64,000 bases of DNA. Source: Squalus acanthias. Taxonomy: Eukaryota. The notes below the pieces were generated by a model, which ran no database searches, was not told the DNA's origin, and saw nothing but the letters and a program-made list of their open reading frames with translations. The position numbers and the translations under genes are program-made. This document shows, in pieces, positions 34,295-45,848 of this stretch. How positions within the stretch are numbered: position 1 is the stretch's first letter; each line of letters opens with the position of its first letter. The DNA lies in contig CM059425.1 in assembly GCA_030390025.1 (NCBI GenBank), positions 177,508,001-177,572,000 on the forward strand, read 5' to 3'.

Positions 34295-36094
34295 TCAGAA
34301 GTCTGGGTTGTATGGGGCTGTTGCTACCTCCCCGTGTGAGGTCATGAGAAACCGCATGGCTCCTAACATTGATTCTATCGCATCGGGATGGATAGGCACA
34401 CCAGCTCCTTTCTCAGAGACAGGCGCTTGGGTTCGGACTGCGGGAGCTTTGTCCCTGGAGTCCTTCCAGGGATTCCTGCAATTTTTACGCCAGTGAGCTG
34501 TCTTCCCGCACCCGTAACAAACACCACTGGTTTGTGGGGCGCGATTTCCCTCCTGATGCCACTCTTTCTGAGCCGGAGCTGCGGGCTTTGCCTCATGCAC
34601 CTTTCCCTTAAAGGGACGTGCTCCCGTGCTCCTAGTGTTCCGATACCCTATGGTGAGTCGATTTAGGACAGACTCCTCCGTTGTGGCGGGGTTAGTGGGA
34701 TCAAACCACGCTCTGGCCTGCTCTCTGACGGCTGGCAAGCTGTTGGCTACTAGACACCTGAGCCAATGAGCTTTCCCGGCGCCGTCCAGATAGGTGCGCG
34801 CTGGCGCACCTGGGCAGCTACGCTGGTATACTGGCCACAGTCTGTCGGCGAAAACCTTCGGGGGTTCTCCCTCCATCTGTAAAGTTTGACTCAATCTGAC
34901 GAACGGACCTTCGTCATCCGCCCCTAACACTTCTAGGACCTCGTCCCGTAACTCCCCATAGGTTTTATTTCCCTTCTTGCTCTCGTCGGAGAGACACTGA
35001 AGGATCGAGCTATCTAAAGAGAACAGCAACATTTTGGTCTTTTCCTCGTCGTCGCAGCCATTAATTGCTGCGGTCTGTTCTACTTCTCTAAAATGTACGG
35101 AAGGGTCATCTGACTCGGACAGCTTCCGGACATGGCTAATCATTGCTCTCAGCTGGTGTGAGCTGTGGGGCAATACAAGCTGGTTCAAGACATCCCCGTC
35201 TTCCCCATTGTTCCCATTCGGGCCTCTCTTGTGACCTCGGAGCGGACACATCGGTCCCGGTCTCGACACTACCTCCGGGGATTGTCCTACCTCGGGAACC
35301 TTCTTCTCTATTTCCACCACTTCCTCCCTTACCCAGGTTGCCGTATAGCTGGGTGGCGCGGAGGGCATAGTGGTAGATACCTCTTCTGCTTTTTCCGGTA
35401 GGGATTTTGGGAATTCCCTACCTAACTGTGGCTGGCTCGCTGACGGGCTGATGAGGCACACCAAGCTGTTTGCCTTACTCAGGGACTCCCTTAGGTTCTC
35501 TATCTCCCTCTGGCAAACACTGTGGTCGGCTCCCTCATGCCTATCCTCGAGGGCCATCTTGTATGCCGCCCTAACTCCCTTCAAGCTTTCTTCCTGGGCT
35601 TTTATCTGGTTAGCTAGGCGGATACACCATTCTCTAATCCTACCCTCGTTTAATTTTGCTTCCGTGACCTGACATTCTAGGTAATCAATTTTAGCCTCAT
35701 GGTGGTTGGCTACTATTTGGCGTTCCTGATGTAACGCATTCAATGATGCAATGAGTTTCTGTCCTCCCGTGACCTTTTCCTCCATCTCAACTTCCAATTC
35801 CCTGATCTGAGCTGCCTGTGCCACAATGACCTGGTCCGAAAGTTGGACTTGCTTCTTGTAGCACATCAGCCAGACCGCTTTCTCTACCGACTTCTTATGA
35901 TCTTTACTGCCTGTCCATTTGATGGCGGCGTCTAGCGGACGCTTATCCATCAGTAGGTCACTTATCCACTTTTTGGTTAAGTTAACCTTCCCAAACACAT
36001 AGTCGGCTACCCTCTCATCCATCACATTTTGCCTATTCAAACCAGGGTCTAAAACATTACTCTCCTGCTGCCAGTGTCCTGCCGCGGTCGCCAT
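34295..36094 (-). CDS. gag: Gag-like polyprotein, 599 aa
   Basis: ATG in AAAATGG context, N-terminal coiled coil, PSAPPSY, helical capsid-like region (LQMEGEPPKVFADRL), CCHC knuckle CYGCGKTAHWRKNC at 34519-34478. Confidence 0.9.
   Translation of the reverse strand: MATAAGHWQQESNVLDPGLNRQNVMDERVADYVFGKVNLTKKWISDLLMDKRPLDAAIKWTGSKDHKKSVEKAVWLMCYKKQVQLSDQVIVAQAAQIRELEVEMEEKVTGGQKLIASLNALHQERQIVANHHEAKIDYLECQVTEAKLNEGRIREWCIRLANQIKAQEESLKGVRAAYKMALEDRHEGADHSVCQREIENLRESLSKANSLVCLISPSASQPQLGREFPKSLPEKAEEVSTTMPSAPPSYTATWVREEVVEIEKKVPEVGQSPEVVSRPGPMCPLRGHKRGPNGNNGEDGDVLNQLVLPHSSHQLRAMISHVRKLSESDDPSVHFREVEQTAAINGCDDEEKTKMLLFSLDSSILQCLSDESKKGNKTYGELRDEVLEVLGADDEGPFVRLSQTLQMEGEPPKVFADRLWPVYQRSCPGAPARTYLDGAGKAHWLRCLVANSLPAVREQARAWFDPTNPATTEESVLNRLTIGYRNTRSTGARPFKGKVHEAKPAAPAQKEWHQEGNRAPQTSGVCYGCGKTAHWRKNCRNPWKDSRDKAPAVRTQAPVSEKGAGVPIHPDAIESMLGAMRFLMTSHGEVATAPYNPDF
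36076..36093 (-). other. Primer binding site complementary to the 3' 18 nt of a tRNA-Arg(UCG)
   Basis: TGGCGACCGCGGCAGGAC, 5 nt after the 5' LTR; + strand GTCCTGCCGCGGTCGCCA equals the 3' end of vertebrate tRNA-Arg-TCG as I recall it. Confidence 0.8.
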
Positions 36095-36098
36095 TTTC

Positions 36099-37715
36099 TG
36101 TAAGGGGGCATGTCTCAGATGGTGCTGGTGCGAGGTTAGGTCTTCGTTGCCTATACTATTGCTTGCTCTGGTCTCCGGCCAGCCTTTTTGCAATAAGCAC
36201 CTGTGAGTGGTTCGACCCACTCGCCCTTACGGTTCTAACACTGGACTTAGGTGCAGGGAGCAGTAATGCAGAGAAAAACTCAAATAGACCCGGTTGAATA
36301 GTACGAAATGGAAAACTTTATTGCATGGCGTCTAAAATCATGAAATACATGTCATAGGCGCAAATCAAAGATAGTACAAGTATACATACATTCATAAAGC
36401 TTGGTCTATGGAAATGGAGAACACACGGCACATCGTAGAAAGGGGAACACATTATACCTTAACCTTATTAAAAGCCACCCTCCCTTAACATTACCTACAC
36501 TACGTCTAGATTTGTAGGATCGGAAAACATGCTCACCACTCGTGTTACTTCGGAGATTTTAAAGTGGGGCACTCAGCTCGTTTCGCTGCAGCGCCTGACT
36601 GTCACGTGTTTGGAAGGGTCTCTGCACCCCACTTGTTTACTTTCGCTGCTGCGAAAAGCAGGCCAGACTCCCTGTTGTCATGAAGGAATCGACGGACCTC
36701 GGACACAGTTCAAAGAAGAGTCTTCCTGTGCTCGACACAGGTTGTAGTCGGTAGAACTCAAAGAAGAATCCTGTATTTATATTTTCGGGCGCGGTCGGGG
36801 TTTACTGACCGTGGCGGCACGTGGATTTTCTTCTCGTCTTCTTCTCGTCTCGTCTCCTCGGGCCTCCGGGTCCAGACACCGTTTACCGACACTCGGGATG
36901 GTGTACCCTGTTACTTGCCCTTGTCGGGGCGGCTCGTACCGATTGAGCTCCACCCAACACTCGAATAACCGACCAGTACGGCTAAGAGTCAAGAGTCAAC
37001 AAAGTCCAGAGAAACACAAAGTCCAGCCCTAAGGAAGAGCTTCAGCAAGGGTCCGCCGAGAGATAAGAGACTGATGGACATTTGTTCTCTATAGTTATAG
37101 TGATGTGTCCACTTATCTCCCGCTCAAATCTTAATGTTTATCCTTTGTGTAATATTGGCGCTCAAAACTCCCAGCATGGGGCGATTATCTTCTTTAACGG
37201 GTTTCGGTAGCACCTGAAACTGGCCAACTATCCGTTAATGTTTTCCCCATTGTTGGACCAGCCAGGATGTGTATGAATCGTCTCCCTGACTGGTTTTGGG
37301 GGCCCCCAAATACCGACTTAATCACCCGTCAATGTCTCTCTCATTGTAGAGCCGGGGGGGTATTTGTGTATTGATGTGTCTGGATGGACCTTCGATTGCC
37401 CAGTACAATGATCCTTACTGTGCATAGGAAAACGATTCCAGCACTTATATCTTTGCTATTGTTCCAAATGCAAACGGGTTGCATCCTGTCTTTATCAGTG
37501 TTTACCGAGTATGATCCAATCTTATACTGAATGTATATTCAACGCCATTTTGTCTGCCCACTGTGTTTCTGGAAGCTTCTGCCACGATGCTCGGCGGCCA
37601 TTTTACAGGCTTCTGTGTCCTTTATAATCAGGACAGCATTTCGTTTAATAAAACTGATCAAACGAATCTGCTTCTCTTATGTTATTTTGAATCGTGATAA
37701 TTGCGAAACTTTACA
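36099..37715 (-). repeat. 5' LTR
   Basis: Direct repeat of 28554-30170 with about 12 substitutions by eye and no indels; TATA-like at 36781-36774. Confidence 0.95.
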
Positions 37716-38159
37716 GGGGTCCAATCCCCGACCCCGGGGAGTCTTCGTATGGGATGGGGGCGGGGGGCGGGGGTCCAATCCAAGGCAGGTAACCTTGGGC
37801 GTCCGGGGGATGCAGTCCTGCTCCTCCTGGTCCACAAGCTGTGCTGTAAAGGCACTTACCTTCCCCCGAAGCTGTCCTCGCCTCGTTTCAGCTGCCAGGT
37901 TTCCCGAGGCCTGCTCTTCATTGCTGTTTGCATCTTCTTGCACACATGCTTCCCTTTGATCTGGTTCTTGTTAGATTTCCTCCTTTAAATTAAAAAGTGA
38001 TACTGAAAATATAGTATCTGATTGGTGGACCAGTGGCGTACAGAGAAGGTCTCATTCTAGAACTAGCTCTATGACGTACTTATGAAATTATATAGTTGGT
38101 TGGGAGTACAGTTGCCCTATTTTCATGTTATATTGATGGAGTTTCAAGATAATAAAAAG

Positions 38160-38278
38160 AGAAAAAGAAAGGATTGCATTTATATAGCGCCTTTCATGAC
38201 CTCAGGGCGTCCCAAAGCACTTTACAGCCAATGAAGTACTTTTTGAAGTGCAGTCACTGTAGTGATGTAGGAAACACA
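38160..38278 (-). mobile_element. Deu-SINE/L2-type 3' tail fragment
   Basis: Same tail as 20958-21050 (GCATTTATATAGCGCCTTTCATGACCTCAGG..CCCAAAGCACTTTACAGCCAATG). Confidence 0.7.
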
Positions 38279-38974
38279 ATTGAGAATGGTTAAAAAAAAG
38301 ACAAAACTTGATAATAGTAAAAAAAGGACTTGCATTTATGCAGCATCTTTTACAATTTTGTCTCAAAGCATTTATGAATTACTTTTAAATATGGTAATAA
38401 AATTTTATTCTAATAACGTATATACCATGCTTGTTATGTATCAAATAATGTTTAATGGCAAAACATTGTGAGTGGGTTCTACACAACACTGTTACTCCCC
38501 TGGAACTTATTCTGCATGATGGGATAAGTTCAATGGCTTGACATTCAGTATTTTCTCTCTGGTGGAGGATGGGTGGGGGGGTGAGGGTGAAATTCTCCTG
38601 TATGCTTGAGATAATACAGATGCTAACATGCATTTGCGTGTAGTAACTTAGTGTGTTAGCATTAAGACAATACTTGCGCATTTTTGCCCAAGCTTCCAAA
38701 ATTGTTCTCAGAATTGAATCCATGTTAAGCCAAAGATCCTCCGTCACCGACTTTTGATTTTTCAGTGCTAATTAAATGTGAACATGCAGTTTCCTCAAGC
38801 TTGCCTTCCAGCTCACATTGTTTTAATGACATCTGCTGTAAAGATGGAGTTAAGGATGGAGGGAGAGTCACCAGAGGTCCAGAATGGAATAAAGCACAAG
38901 GCCTCACTTTGCTGGAAATGTTGTAGAAGAAGTAGGAATGGGAAGCGGAAGCCATAACCAGGCTAATAGGACTC

Positions 38975-39830
38975 ATAACAACAAAAGAAATAGGAGCAGG
39001 AACCTGCTCCACCATTCAATAATGTCATGGCTGATCTTCTACCTCAACTCAACCTTCCCGCACTATCCCCTTACCCCTTGATTACCTTAATACCAAAAAT
39101 CTATCAATCTCTACTCAACGACTGAACATCCACAGCCCTCTGGGGTAGAGAATTCCAAAGATCCACAACCCTTTGAGTGAAGAAATTTCTCCTCAGCTCA
39201 GTCCTAAATGGCTGACCCCTTATTCTGAGACTGTGACCCCGTGTTCTAGATTCCCCATCCAGGGGAAACATCCTTCCAACATCTACCCTGTCAAGTCCTG
39301 TAAGAATTTTAGATATTTCAATGATATTAACACTCATTCTTCTAAATTCTAGGGAATATAGGCCTAGTCTTCTGAATCTTGCCTCATAGGACAATCCCCC
39401 CATCCCAGGAATCAGTCTGGTGAACCTTCGTTGCACTCCCTCTAAGGCAAGTATATCCTTCCTTAGGTAAGGAGACCAAAACTGTACACCATACTCCAGG
39501 TGTGGTCTCACCAAGGCCCTATATAATTGCAATAAGACTTCTTTACTCTTATACTCTAATCCTTTTGTAATAAAGGCTAACATACCATTTGTTTTCCTAA
39601 TTGCTTGCTGTAACTGCATCTTAACTTTCAGTGATTCATGTACAAGTACACCCAGGTCCCGCTGAATACCAACATTTCCCAATCTCTCACCATCCACTGG
39701 TTCCCCCCTATCTACCCTGCTAATTAAAACCTCAAAAAACTCTTAACTGATTTGTCAAACACGATGTCCCTTTCATAAATCCGTGTTGACTCTGCCCAGT
39801 TCCTAATAATAGATTCTAGCATTTTCCCTA
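38975..39830 (-). mobile_element. CR1 LINE fragment
   Basis: QRDLGVLVHESLK...RPHLEYGVQFWSP...NFFTQRVVDLWNSLP. Confidence 0.9.
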
Positions 39831-39899
39831 CAAGGCTCAAGACAAGAGAAAGATGGTGTTTATTCCAGAGTACTAAAAGGAGGAGATTTGTGAAAGGTT

Positions 39900-40460
39900 G
39901 ACAGTCATTATAAGGGAATCACTGGATATTGGAAATAGATTAATGTGATGCCCATATTCAAAAATAGATGACAAAATAGACACAGGCAACTACAGATCCA
40001 TTAGTCTTACTTCAATCCCACGTAAAATAATGGAATTGATTATCAGGTGTAAATTGAGGATCACCTGTACAATAATAATCTAGTAAACAGTAGTCAATAT
40101 GGATTCAGAAGGGGAAATTCCTGCCTGACCAACTTCCTTGACTTTGAGGAAGTGACAACTGAAGTGGACTGTGGAAACCCCTGTGACATGGTGTACCCAA
40201 ACTTCCAAAAGGTATTTGACAAAATTCCACACAAAAAGCTATGTTAAACTCAAAGCTGTAGGGAATTAAGAGAAACCTTGGGAATGGATAAGAAATTAGC
40301 TGAAGGACAGAAACAACAGGCTTATTAAAGGAGTTATTTTAGGACAGGAGGAAGTACTGATTTGGACTGCAGTGTTCATTTTTATCAATTACTTGGATTC
40401 AGAAACCTAGTGCAAATTTATCAAATTTGCAGATGATACCAAACTAGAAGGGGCACTGGA
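39900..40460 (+). mobile_element. Old degenerate CR1 RT fragment
   Basis: Remnants of NYR.ISLTS, SCLTN, FQKVFDK and KFADDTK. Confidence 0.7.
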
Positions 40461-40604
40461 ATGTTTTATTTTATTCATTCACAGGATATGGACGTTGCTG
40501 TCAATGCCAGTGTTTATTACCCATCCCTAGTTGCCCTTAGAAGGTAGTGTTGAGCCTTCTTCTTGAACTGCTGCAGCAGTTTGATACAAATGAGTGGCTT
40601 GCAT

Positions 40605-41120
40605 TCGTCTGAGGTCATGAAACTTCTTTGAGCACTGGAGCCAGATCCTGGGGGCGATCCTGGACTGACCAGTGATCTGGTTCCACATCCTTCTTTCTGG
40701 AGGGTCTCCTGGCCCCCTGTGGGTGGGGGATCTCTCTTCCAGTGTTCATCGCCTGCACAAAGCTCGAGTGCTGCGTCCAAGACCCTGGGTTCCCCTTCCC
40801 TGGCCTGTTGAGCCATTTGTGTTATTGCTGAAGCACTTTTACCATTAAAGGCAGCTCTCCTTTAAAAGGTGCAAACTGCCTTGAAGAGGAGCAGGCAAGC
40901 TTTAAGTAAAGCTAGACTCACTTGAACAACGCAAACTCCAGCCCCCTGCTGAGCGTGCAGCCTGCCAGCAGCGTGTTCAGCGCTAGGCTGTGCGCTACAA
41001 TCATGTAAAGTAGTAGGCAGCCCAAATTTGACGTGCTGCCTGAGCTCCTTTCAACAGGCATGGACATATCTCGTATTGCGGTGCCCGCACCTGTTTTTTT
41101 CGCGCTTTTGAATTTTACCC
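40605..41120 (-). mobile_element. Harbinger end fragment with decayed Myb/SANT exon
   Basis: MAQQAREGEPRVLDAALE... resembles the Myb exon of the neighbouring Harbingers; TIR-like GAATTTTACCCC at the right end. Confidence 0.5.
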
Positions 41121-41222
41121 CAAATTCTTAAACTGACATGGTACGATTTGAAATAAAAATAGAAAATGCAGGAAATACTCAGCAGATCAGGCAGCATCTG
41201 TGGAGAGAAAAACAGAGTTAAT

Positions 41223-42191
41223 GGGGGAAATTTTAACGCCAAAAAACAGGTGGGTTGGGGTTGGGTGGGAAGTTAAAGTGTTAAAAATCTGAATCTTGAC
41301 CCGCCCACTTCTGATTTTAACGGAGGCGGGACGGGGGGCGGGCAACCAACCAGCTCCCAGGAAGCGGGTCGTCCATTTAAATATTATAATGAGGCTGGCA
41401 TGCCTCAGATTTAACCACCATTTTAAATTTAACAGTGGCTGGTGGGTTTTGTAGGCCCCAGGAAACTCGACAGTGCCTTTACACTTACCTCCGAGATCCA
41501 GTGCTTCCTGCCTAGGCCACCCCCCCGTGATCGGAGACCCACCCCAGTGAGACCTCTGATTCCCCCCCCACCCAGGCCTCTGATTACCCCCGCCGCCCAG
41601 GCCTCCGATCATCTTCCTGGCCTCACCCCTCCCACCGATGATCTTCAGGCTGCCCCTGATGTTTTCTGCCTTCCACCCCCACCATGCTCCTCCGATCAAC
41701 CGATGTTCTCTGCCTCCCCCCATGCCCCGCCGGTCAACTGATGTTCTCTGCCTCCCCGCCCCACCATGCTCCTCCGGCCCCCCCAATGCTTGAGTCCGGC
41801 CCCCCTAACAGCCCCCGGCCCTTCAATGCTTGAGTCCGCCCTCCTAATCAGACTCCAGCCCCCCGATTATCCTCCGAACTCCCCCGATCAGTCCCCAGCG
41901 CCCCCCCCCCACCCCAATATCCTCCGGCCCCTCCCGATCATCCTCCAGCCACCCCCCCGATCATCCTCCGAACCTGACTCGATCCCTCCCTCCCTCCTTT
42001 TGGACTAGTGCCGCAGGCCTACCCGCTCACAGCCAACCAGCCTCTCCATCTTGCTGGCTGCGGGTGGGAAACAGAGGTTTCAAATGCAAATCAGGCCCTG
42101 CCGTTAAATTCGGGGGGCCCATTCTCCCGGGTTTCCTGACCTCTTCCAAGTCCCCCTGCCCTCAACATGCTAAAGGATTAAAATTCAGCCC
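41223..42191. mobile_element. Harbinger-type MITE with internal C-rich minisatellite
   Basis: Termini GGGGGAAATTTTAA / TTAAAATTCAGCCC; splits a fold-back element. Confidence 0.65.
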
Positions 42192-42493
42192 AACATTTTG
42201 GGTCGATGACTTTTAATCAGAACTTGACCGAACTGAAGCGTTAACTCTGGCCGGAATTTTTACCTTGGAGTCGGGCTGGGTGCATGCAGGCCACGTAGCG
42301 GGTTGGGAATGCGATGTTCAGAGCGACTTTAACTTAATGGCCCCATTGAAAGACTCATGCGCGTTTCCCGGCCCTATTAAATAGTGCGGGTCTGATGGCA
42401 TCATCGATGACTCGTTTCCAGCGCCCATATTTAAAGCAGCCTTGCACTGAACTCATTTGAAGGTTGCTGGCAGAAGGTGGAACCTGACAAACA

Positions 42494-44317
42494 ATGGCCT
42501 GAGTCCTGTTATAAAGTAGCAAGGATGGACAGCCAAAGGCAGAGGGCTGCACCACGCTTTTCAAACTCATCCCTGCATACTCTGATGGAGGCAGTCAGAT
42601 CACACAGGGAGGTCCACAAGAGACCAAGCAAGTCTGGTTGGATATAGCTCAGGAGGTCAGCAGCAGGGATATGGTGAGGATGACCGGGATCCAGTGCAGG
42701 AAACGATTCAATGATCTCATGAGGTCAGGAAAGGTGAGTGCAAAGCCACACTCACCTTCATCCTGATGTGCCTGTTAACACATCCCCATCACTCTGCCTT
42801 CCCAAGCCTACTTCTGCACATCATTCCTCACACCAACATACCTTGCACGTCCACCCATGTACATACTCACATCCCCATCTGACTAACCACCCCTCACACT
42901 CACCCTCAGCCTAATGCAATTATAGCAGCTAACAACACACAAGGCATTGGCACCCCACTCCCTCATAGTCACCCTCTACAGATGTAACCCATCCATTCCT
43001 TACACTCATTCTATCACTCTCACTCAAACTTTTCTTCTTTCCCTCCTTGCAAGAGAAAAGAGCCCAGAACACGTGGTAGAGACAGAGAACCAGAGGTGGC
43101 CCTCCAGTCTTCACCCAACTAACACCAGCAGAGGAGGGGCCTCTGGGGATCTCGGGAGTTGCAGAGATGCTAGCGGTGGGAGACGGAGAGAGGGGCACAT
43201 CCCAGCAACCTGGTGACAGAATCACACCTCATAAAGCCACATGGCATACAACAGTCACTCATATGGTGACTGATATCAACAGCCAGTGAAATGCCAACAT
43301 GTGCATATTGGTAACAATTCGCATTCTTATTATAACACTTCTAATTCATCTCTTTACTCTCCCACAGGTCCATCAACTGCTCCCCCACTATACAGCTGGA
43401 GGAGGAAGACAACTCCTCAGAGGAACCTCCAGCCTCTGAGGGTGCACCGTCAGCAGACCCAAGTGCACCCAGCGCTAGCGCAGATACGCACACCTCAGTG
43501 GGCCCTTTGCACCATAGAGTAGAATTGTCACCTGGTGTTTCACAAGTGAGCAAGAGCAGATGGTGTTCACAGGGACAACAGTGAGACTCCTCACCGGACA
43601 GTGCAGGACACTCCAAACTCTGCTGAGCTGCAAGTAGACGCTGAGCCTCAGGGGCCATTGACAAAGAGGGTGATCTTGGAGGGGCAGCAACAATTGCAGG
43701 AGGCTCTGGCATCTTTTGCAGCTGCGATGTCTGTAAATGTTCAGAGAATGGAGGAGTCCATCTCCAACATGAGCATCACCGTGTCGCAGACGATGGCGAC
43801 GATGTGCTATTCCATGGAAAGGATGGCCATCTGCATGGAGCAGCAAATGCGCCACTCACATGAGCAAATGCTAGCTGTGGACAACAGATGGCAGGTGCTC
43901 ATAGACCTCCTCTCAAGGAGGGATGTAAACATTGACTTGGGCCTTCATCGCCCCACTGCTGTGTAGCAAGGTGCTCTCCAGCTCCTTGCTAGCAGGGAAG
44001 TGCGGGTGGCCCATGAGAGGGATGATGGTGAGAGAGGACATGGAAGTGGGGGCTCTTCTCAAAGTGCTCCCAATTCTCCCCCATTGCTCCCCCTCAGTCA
44101 GAGCCGCACATGCTTCCTCGGACCCAAATGGCTGAGTCTGCCCCTGCACAGTTGCAGGAGGAGCAGACTTTGGCGGGGCCATCACAGGCTCCAAAACCCA
44201 GAGGACGTTCACCAAAAGTGTCTTAACAAGTCGCAGCAGGGAAGTGAGCAGCCTGCCTCTACCTCTGCTGAAGCCACAGGGGTTGCGCTCGTAGAAGCAC
44301 TTGGAAAAGAAAATTGA
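42494..44317 (+). pseudogene. Harbinger Myb/SANT-like DNA-binding protein gene (three exons, decayed)
   Basis: APRFS...WLDIAQEVS...IQCRKRFNDLMRSGK|GTGAG; later exons similar to those of elements C and D. Confidence 0.75.
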
Positions 44318-44621
44318 CACAAGAGTAGATGCACAAGGGTATGCACGTGGGTGTATGAAAAAATCTTAGTGCTAAGTTTCAGTTATTTTGATGACACACA
44401 TAAATGGTTTTTTTTGCACCACTTTTGGGTCTTGTCCATTTTTGCCTCAAACCTTGGAGGTGGTTTTGTCACTTGGAGTGAATGGTGAGACATTATTTAA
44501 CCTCGAGCATTGGGGCTTTGGGTGAGAGGAATGGCTTGGTCATTGTAGGGATGCTTTATGGTGTTGTTGTGGGGGGAACTTAGTACAGCATGTGGCAGTC
44601 ATATGGGTGCACTGGAGCAAG

Positions 44622-45848
44622 TTAAGTAAATCTGGCCATGATGAGGCCATCTCGGGCTCCCGTGCAGGAATGTGCGCCGCTGCTGGTGCCATTTGCACTT
44701 CGGATTCCTCTTTCTCTCCTCCTCGTCTTCCACATGCTCCTCCTCCTCCTCCTCTGTAGAGGCTGTGCGCTGGGCATCTTGCTCCTCCTGCAAATCCAAT
44801 CCTTGCTGCTGCACTCTGTTGTGCAGGGCGCAGTAGACGACAATGATTCTGGAGACCCTGGCTGGTCCATACTGAAGGGCTCCTCCAGATCTGTCAAGGC
44901 ATCTGAAGCGCATCTTCAGCATGCCTATTGTTTGCTCTATGACACATCTGGTGGAGATGTGGCTCTCATTATAACATCCTCGGCCTCAGTACTTGGCCTC
45001 CTCAAGGGTGTCATGAGCCACGTCTTCAGGGGTTAGCTCTTGTTTCCAAGCAGCCAGCCGGTAAGTCTGTTTGGAGGTGAGAAGAGCTGAGGGAGGGTGG
45101 ATTGGCGCAGAACGAAAGAGTCATGACAGCTGCCAGGGAATCTGGCACACACATGCATAATCATCTTTTTATGGTTGCAGTCGAGCTGCACATTGAGGGA
45201 GTGGAAGCCCTTGTGGTTCACAAACACTCCTGAGTGATGATGGGGTGCCTTCATGGCCACATGTGTGCAGTCAATGACTCCCTGTGGGAAACCAGCCAGA
45301 GCCACAAAGTCGAGTGCCCGCTCAATAACATTGGCTTCATCAGTGGCAAAGTTGACATAGTTGGCTGCCTTGTGAAACATGGCATTGGTCACCTGGGTGA
45401 TGCATCTGTGTGTGGCCGACTGCGCGATCCTGCAAATGTCTGCTGCAGATCCCTGGAAGGAGCCTGAGGCGAAGAAGTTGAGGGTGGTGGTGACTTTGAC
45501 AGCCACTGGTATGGAGTGTCCACCAGGACCTCTGGGTAGCAGGTCTTGTTCTAGCAAGCTACAAATGTCTGTGACAACCTGGCGTGATAGCCTGAGCCTC
45601 CTGAAGCATTGCTGCTCATTCATGTTGAGGACGCTCATCCTCTGCCTGTCTACATTGTGTTGGGAGTATGGCCTCCGGCATGCTGCAGCCCTGTGCCGCT
45701 GCCGCCCCCCCCCCCCCACCTCCTGTGGAGCATCAGGTAGTTGAGGAGAAGGCTGCTATTGCTGCTGGTGTGGCTGGTGTTGTTGGTGGTAGGGCTCATC
45801 TTGGTCCGATTCTGAGGACCAAGGTGAGACAGTATAAGCGGCACCCAT
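44622..45848 (-). pseudogene. Harbinger DDE transposase (HARBI1-like), frameshifted
   Basis: [37 protein letters not shown] and LKMRFRCLDRSGGALQY. Confidence 0.9.

Larger units (their letters stand above)
28554..37715 (-). mobile_element. Endogenous retrovirus-like LTR element (gag, gag-related ORF2, env; no pol)
   Basis: Two 1617-bp direct repeats at constant offset 7545 with TGTAA...TTACA ends, GGGG on both flanks, PBS, PPT and internal gag/env ORFs. Confidence 0.93.

Noticed and set aside
36095..36220. Gag ORF start inside the LTR (641-aa call)
   Set aside because: Non-ATG start within U5; the first ATG in good context is at 36094.
28554..37715. DIRS/Ngaro element or segmental duplication as the explanation of the 1.6 kb repeats
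   Set aside because: TG...CA ends, a 4-bp TSD, PBS and PPT indicate integrase-type LTRs; no tyrosine recombinase seen.
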